Shown: positions 56,912-64,000 of the stretch, in pieces
Position numbering within the stretch: the first letter of the stretch is position 1
Layout of the letters: the number at the start of each line of letters is the position of its first letter
From: Massalongia carnosa
Taxonomy: Eukaryota
Reading direction: 5' to 3'
NCBI GenBank assembly: GCA_965645245.1
Contig: OZ287067.1
Coordinates: 186,001-250,000, forward strand
DNA: 64,000 nt
Program-made: the position numbers and the translations under genes
The notes under the pieces: generated by a model
What the model was told of the DNA's origin: nothing
Seen by the model: the letters and a program-made list of their open reading frames with translations, nothing else
The model's database searches: none

Positions 56912-59900
56912 TGTAGGACCGTTCTTATTGATCTGGAAAATGATCTTCTCCTTGTCTATCTAAACTGGAAATTCTAGCTAGTTATATAGACCATTTCGCC
57001 ACATTCTTTCATAATCTAGATATCTTCCAGCCACTTCTATTTACTAATAGATCATTAGTGATCCGGAACCCATGCGAGGTACAATGCTTTGAAATCATTG
57101 AGTATTAGAAATCAGATATATGGCATAGAAAGAAATAGCATCTGAAAGATCGAGGCCTCGGTTATTAGTCCTAAATCACGTGCTTTTCCTTCAACAGGAT
57201 CTTACTTCGGGAATTGGCTTGAACCACGGTCTATTAATATCGACATACCCCCCCAGATTTAGCATACTATGCTGAAGCTGCTTCCTGACCTTGATTAGCC
57301 AGTATGACTGATATGTCAGTCAAATGCAGCTGTTTGATGAAATCGTCATGTTTCTGACGAGGTAAGACCTTGGTAAATCCGTCGGCAGGCATTTCCGCTG
57401 TGGGCATCCAACTGACGTTTATACGACCAGCTTGAACTTCTTGCCTTAACCAGTGACGATGTATATCCACATGCCGAAGCTTAGTATCTAGCTTCAACAT
57501 CTCTTTATCTAGGATTCTGAGGGTCTGGCGATTATCGCACCGAATGTGCAACTTTTCCATGGGATTGAACCGAATGGCTTTGAAAAAACCGTTTCCACCA
57601 CATAGCTTCCTTGGCGGTCCGAGACAGGGCTAGCAACTCGGCTTCAGTACTCGATGTGGTGACCGTGGCTTGTTTAGCTGCTCGCCAGTCTATTGGTCCA
57701 CCATACAGCTGAAAAAGGTAACCATCGGAGCTTCTTCGAGTCAACTCATCATCAGCAAACGCTGCATCGCTAGCACACATCAGAATGTCAGTTTTCTGAT
57801 GCCCGTTATATTCTATAGCCAGTTTTTTAGTCCCATTTAGATAAGCAATAACCCGATCGGCCGCAGACAGATGATCCGGGCACGGGTTTTGTAAGAATTG
57901 AGCTAATTTTGCAGTTGCAAATGCTATATCGGGCCGGGATATTACCGCTGCGAAGTTCAATGAACCTACCCGTTGCTGGTACGCATATATACGTTGACTG
58001 TCTGCTTTTTGCTCGTTTTCATTGGCTGGAGGCACCACTGTCAGTGGTGTTTTCGCGGTTTCCCCGTGCTGATTAAATTTCGCAGCCATTTTGGTAATGT
58101 ATGAGTCCTGACATAACCATATCTTCTTATTTGCTCGGTCTCGGGTAATCCTTATACCGAGAAACCATTTCAATTCCCCTAGAGCATGCATTTCGAATCG
58201 TTTCAGGAGAGCTTTCTCAAATTCTTGTAATTTGTCCGAATTATGCTTCCTGCATATGACCACAATGTCATCGACATAGAAGAATAGGATAATCCACTCA
58301 TTGGCAAATAGACAGTTGACCCCTGGGACTGGCGCTAGTCCGAGTTCCTCTAGGGCCATGGTTAGGAGCTTATACCATAGAATCGGTGCTTGTTTTAATC
58401 CGTACAGAGCTTTTCTAAGCTTCCAACAGTATCCGGGCTTGTCAAAACCTTCTGGACACTCACAAAAGATTTCCTCATCAATCGGGCTATTTATGAAAGC
58501 ACTGACCGCATCATACTGGTAGATATCAAGGTCAAATGAAGCTGAAATAGCCATTAGAGCTCGAAACGTTCTCGCTGCCAATGTTGCAGCATACGTATCT
58601 TGCTGAGTCATCTGAAGATCTCCTCGTACACATAGACGGGCCTTGAATTTCTCAACATAGCCGTCGGTGTCATGCTTATACTTAAATACCCAGGTGAGTG
58701 GTATCCGGTCCTGTCCCTGAACTTTTTCCACTAGCTCGTACGTGCCACGCTTTTCAAGCTCGGTGAGCTCTTTGATGGCCGCTAGCTGGAATTCCTGCGA
58801 AAAACGGTGATGGAGCATCTGCCTCCAATATCGGGGCTCCACCGGGATCTCATCCCGATGGAATTTCTTCAATGTTCCGACCTGTGGCCGTTCTAGGCCG
58901 ACCGAAAACGCTGCATGGAACGGGGTTAACTTGCTGACTGATGCCAGCGCAATTGCATATGCCTGTTTCCTTGATCTAGTGTTCCTGGCAATTGATTCAT
59001 CCGTTGTCTCTACCACCCGAGGCGTCCGTCTCGGCCTAGCCGACTATCTCGGCTGGCTCGGTCCGTCCTCGGTTGATTGAACACCTGGCATTCCTTGAAC
59101 GTCCGGCTCGGAGCTTATTTGAACGTCCGATTGCAGAGTCTTTTCCAAACCATCATCACGCTCCGGTGTCTTTTCAGGGGTAGGTAAGTGAGGATTGTTT
59201 TCCATATCGGTATGAGGAAACATCGTCTTTTCTGACGTTTCTGTTTCACTAGGTTGATTGGTTGTTTGGTCCAATCTCGGACCTACCTCCTCATCGTCTT
59301 GCTCAATCATCACTCCTGCAAAGAATGTTTCGGGCACTTCCAACACCTGAATCACGTTTTCCACGGTTATGTTTAATAAATGTCCTATATCGAGCTCATT
59401 GGGCTCATAGAATCTTGTCTTATCAAACATTACATCCCTGGTCCGGATGACTTTCATACGGCTGGGAATCCATATTCGAAAGATGTTAGTGGAGTCGTAC
59501 CCCACCAGGTATCCAATAAAAGCCCTTGGTTCGAGCTTCTCTTTCCTGGGAATCACCTGATTAAGCGGGAACGCTCGACAACCATACGGCTGCAGGTGAG
59601 ATAGTTTCGGTTTTTCCCCGGTTAATTTATCTATTGGTGTTTTCCACCCTAGCATCTTCTTCGGGGTCCGGTTATTTAGATAACCAACCGTTTTGAATAT
59701 TTCTGGCCACATACTAGCTGGCAAATTTGCTGCTATGCGCAGGGCCCGCGCTCGGATCACCAGTACCCCCCCAGATCGCTCGGTTTGACCGTTTTGTGCT
59801 GGAGTATATGGGGCCGATCTTTCGGTGGTGATACCTCTCATTTTCATGAACTCGGCGAATTCTAAGCCGAGGGTTCGCTCGTCGTCTGTTCGAAAAAACC

Positions 59901-62359
59901 GAACGGTCTGATCGTATCTAGTCTTGGTCATTTTCAGGAATTCCTTGATCACCCCTAGAGCATCATTTTTTCGAGTATGGGTGTAGAAGAAGTCCATACT
60001 GGTATAAAAACACCTGAAGTGCTCACCCAGTTGTCCCCGTTGTATGCTTCAGTCAGCTGAATAAGGTCATACCCTACTCGACCGAGCGGAAATTCGCTGG
60101 CTCTTCCTATCCCGAACGTCTCGAGATCAGGTGATGGGCTTTGATCAGCGAGCATGTCTCGCATTGCATCGTATTCGGTGCTGACTCGGGTACTGTTACC
60201 TTAACTCCATCTACCCCCTTTTCGAGGTGAGAAATTGTTTCCGGTCCAGGATGACCGAGCATCTCGTGCCACTCTTTTCCCGTCGCTATCAATTCCGGTT
60301 TCGGACTGGTACTGGCCGCAAATGCTCTATGCGACCTTACCGTTGGTGGGTTGTCTTCTATCACCCAATGGCCCCCTATTTGCTTGGTGCGGCAGAACGT
60401 CTTTCCCTTCTGATGCAGATGAGAATGTTCGGTGTCCCAGTGAACCCCCTTCTTTGTTAGCTTGCTTAGGCACACCAAATTGGTGAAAAATCCTGAGGAT
60501 AGCGCCACATCTAGAAGCCTGATTGGCACCGGCCCATGAGGTCCTTGTGCCGTGATATCTACCGTTCCATATCCATCTATGCTATAAACGGTTTTTCCGG
60601 CCATGAGCTTGTCATCAGTGTTTGCTATACGCGTCAACTGAAACCGCTCCGGATCATTGCATACATGAATGTCTGTTCCGCAATCCAGGGTCCAACAGTT
60701 GACCAACCTATGTGGCTCCGGTTCGGAAGCAACTGCAAACTTTGAAAACGATCTAGGTGGTGCGGCAGGCAAGATCGAGACTGATGATCCGGCAGGCGCT
60801 ATCGAAACTGCAAATGCTGCAGGATCGGATTTTTCTGAAGACGATTTCTCTTCCTTTCCGACTTTTTCGACTTGTTTTGCGTGCTTATCTCGGACCGACT
60901 TGATGATCTTATCTAGCCGATGATTCTTAGCTAGCTTTTCTTCTATTATTTTCTCAATGCTCTTATCCGGGGTCCACCCCTCTGGCCTCAGGTCCTTGAG
61001 CAAATAGTAGCAATCCTTGAAGCGGTGCTTCTTGCCACATATGCACTTCTTCTCGGAATTTCCTTGGTCCGAGTTAGATCCCTGAGCTGATTTTTGACTC
61101 ATTGTCGAGTTCGATTTTTCTTGATCTGATTGGTCAGATTCCTTGAAATGTTGCAAATGCCGAATGGGTAGCCCCCTTGCTATCTAGGGCCCTGGCGGTT
61201 CGCAAATGATTCCGGAATTCTTCCAGAAGATCCCTTATCAAGAAATCTTCCTCATTCTGATGAATTTTATACTGTAATATGGCCTCTCTACCGGCCACAA
61301 ACGAACCGTCCACTGTCCTTAGCGCATTCAAGAAATCATAAATGCATCTATGTCCCTGAACGTCCGGAATTTTCAGTCTATCCGCTTCTGCATAGACTTT
61401 CTCCCATTCCAACAACCAGTGATCCAGTTGCTGACTCTTGGGGGCACGTTGTAGGTCCTTATATTTCCGAATAACTTCGAGTTCTCGGATCCGGTCCGTC
61501 GGTGCAAGCCTCTTCTTTAGAGCTGATAACTTCTTATATATCGAGTCCTGTCCCCTGAGATATAACAAATTGGTCCGATCCACGGTGGTCAATATATATG
61601 CTTCCAGGTTTTTTAGGGCTTCGGTCTTCTCCCGATACGTACGCAAGTCTTCTCTATGATCCTCTCTTCGCAATATCAGATCCCGTCACTGTCCCTCGGT
61701 TAAGTCCTCGGATGACACGGCACCTGCTTTCATGGAAGAGAAGGTAGGGGTAATGGGTCTGATTGGCTCGTCTGGCTCAGGTTTCGCCAGGTCCACATAC
61801 TGCTCGATTCCACCTCGCTTGGCCATGGACTCCACGATAAGGATCCATTCATCCCAGTCACCGGGCTCCTTGAGGACTACCACGGTTTTCTGACTAGAAG
61901 CGGGCAAGGTAGAGAAAGACATCTTCTGTTCGATTGTCCAAAGAAGATGGAAGAAGTAACAATAAAGGTCAATAAGAACTTGGGGATACTGATCGCTGAA
62001 TGCAGCGATTAGGAAGCCGGGCTCATAACTGTCGGACCGTTCTTATTGATCTGGAAAATGATCTTCTCCTTGTCTATCTAAACTGGAAATTCTAGCTAGC
62101 TATATAGACCATCTCGCCACATTCTTTCATAATCTAGATATCTTCCAGCCACTTCTATTTACTAATAGATCATTAGTGATCCGGAACCCATGCGAGGTAC
62201 AATGCTTTGAAATCATTGAGTATTAGAAATCAGATATATGGCATAGAAATAGCATCTGAAAGATCGAGGCCTCGGTTATTAGTCCGAAATCACGTGCTTT
62301 TCCTTCAACAGGATCTTACTTCGGGAATTGGCTTGAACCACGGTCTATTAATATCGACA
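56912..62359 (-). mobile_element. Full-length Copia element with frameshifted gag-pol (57267-61922)
   Basis: LTRs 56912-57245 and 62030-62359; G-rich PPT next to the 3' LTR; WTLDCGTDIH protease, WHEMLGH..C..C, RTDDER..QNGQTER integrase, FKARLCVRGD, YVDD, SDAAFAD..SSTEAE RNase H. Confidence 0.93.
62017..62029 (-). promoter_or_regulatory. Ty5/copia-type half-tRNA-iMet primer-binding site (GTTATGAGCCC)
   Basis: Directly after the 5' LTR on the minus strand; matches the GGTTATGRGCCC PBS of Ty5 and Drosophila copia. Confidence 0.8.
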
Positions 62360-64000
62360 GAATTCTACGAAATAGTGGAGGAATTTCGCAGTTATATTCG
62401 AATGCATCAAACGCAAAAGATCAATCAAAACACGCATTCAGCCTTTGCATCCGAGAAAAAGAAGGAAGGACAAAGGCAAGGAGCGACATTCAATGGGCAA
62501 AAAACACCCGATCCATGTCTTTGCGGGATGATTCACTGGTATAACAACTGCTACTATCTAGTATCAGAGAAACGATCCTCAAACTGGTCTCCAAACCCTG
62601 CTACCCAAGCTTAAGTTAATGAGAAGATGAAAGATCCACAAACCAAAGCTAGGGTGGAAAGACTTCTTCAACGTTCCAAGCAAATGGATTTAAAAAAGGA
62701 TAGAAACAATAAAAAGGCTACTGAGGAGAAGGAGCTCGGAACGTTTACATCGATAAAAACTGCATCATTTTTCTCAGCAGATAGCTACACGATCAGAGAT
62801 TCATGGATATTGGATAACGGGTCTAACAGCCACGTGTGCAATAGCACCATGAAAGAAAGATATCAATATCAACGAAAGGCCGATGGAGAGTATCTTATTG
62901 CTGGCACACAACGCCTAGCAATAGAGAGCTATGGCACAATAAACATAACTGTGCCAACTCCATCCGGTCCCAAATCCATGACTCTGTCAAACGTCGCATA
63001 TGTTTCAGATTTCATGACTAATTTAGTCTCTCAAGATTTGCTCTATATCAAAGGGGTGTATTTTGATAATTGGAAACTTCATCTTCATAGAGAAGGAACT
63101 TCTATTGCTTACGTTAAACGCCACAACGGACATTATCTCATGGAGGACAACACAGCAAAACAAGTATCAGCCTTTCCAAGTTAAGAAGACGGAACTGGCT
63201 AACATCAAGAACGAAACAGCACAGAAATGGTATCAAATCTTAGCACATGCCTCGAATGAAGCTATACAGCTTCTCGAGACATCCGCTAAGGGGGTGAAAA
63301 TATCTAGTGAGGAAGTTCCTAAGACAAATGAATGCGAGCCTTATGCATTATCTAAAGCACATCGTATCGTATCTCGATCATCGAAAAATGCAGAATCATC
63401 AAAAGAGCCTTTTTATAGCATCACATATGATTTCATGCTGCTTAACACTGCTATGAATAAAGATGAATGGGTCTCTCATTTTGCATGCCATGCAACCGAT
63501 TTTAATATGGTATTTACCCACGCTCACAAATCTGACGCTGCTAGGATAGTCAAAGAAGCTGTCAATATTATCGAGACTCGCTTTAAATCAATGGTAGTAT
63601 TTATTCGACCAGACGGAGAATGTTCATTGGGAAATGAGTTCAAAGATCTGCTGATTGAGAAAGACATTACCTATGAATCATCAACACCCGATACCCCGGA
63701 GCAAAACGGCCACTCTGAGCGAAAGGGAGGTATATTGGCCATGAAAGCTCGGGCAATGAGAATCGACGCTGGCCTACCAATCTATCTTTGGCCAGAAATC
63801 GTGCGCACCGCGGGTTATATAGCTAATCGAACACCTATGAGAAAGCATCAATGGAAGACTCCGTATGAGCTTGTCATAGGAAATCCACCCGATCTGAGTC
63901 ATCTTCGCCGGTATGGGTGCAGAGCCTACACTTTAAATAAGCAAATTTCAAAGAAACAAAAGCTACAAGAGCGTGCACATATCGGTCATCTCGTGGGCTA
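62360..64000 (+). mobile_element. Degenerate Copia fragment (gag C-terminus, protease, integrase); 5' part missing, runs off the window
   Basis: CLCGMIHWYNNCYYL, WILDNGSNSHVCN, FIRPDGE..PEQNGHSERKGG..LWPE..NRTP; in-frame stops. Confidence 0.88.

Noticed and set aside
62207..62614. 135-aa ORF as an independent gene
   Set aside because: Chance read-through from the LTR into the truncated gag of the neighbouring Copia.
1..64000. Starship or other giant cargo element; tRNA or rRNA genes; many short antisense ORFs
   Set aside because: No tyrosine-recombinase captain or RNA gene recognised; the short ORFs are shadows of TE coding strands.

Overview
Eukaryotic sequence, most likely from a filamentous ascomycete fungus. 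This is inferred from spliceosomal introns with CTRAY branch sites, chromovirus, Fot1-like and Tad1-like elements, and RIP-like mutations. The window is almost entirely a nest of transposons. It holds five Ty3/Gypsy elements (two intact with identical LTRs, one gag-protease-only), three Copia elements or fragments, at least eight solo or partial LTRs, six Tc1/IS630-type TIR elements, and remnants of Tc1, pogo/Fot1, piggyBac, MULE and LINE elements. Only one apparently intact non-TE gene is present (3 exons, DUF3632-like, 42927-43940). Most notable: (1) a Tc1-like family with palindromic CACGCGCGTG ends that makes 5-bp rather than TA target duplications, with two copies and an empty-site control in the window; (2) an IS630/Tc1 element with ~215-bp TIRs carrying a second, convergent ~700-codon gene with a Cys-rich motif and a SAM-like tail; (3) a gag-pol frameshift hairpin with an invariant 8-nt NNNNUCGC loop in four diverged chromoviruses, which also show covarying Tf1-type self-priming sites. 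All family assignments come from motif recognition by eye, with no database searches.
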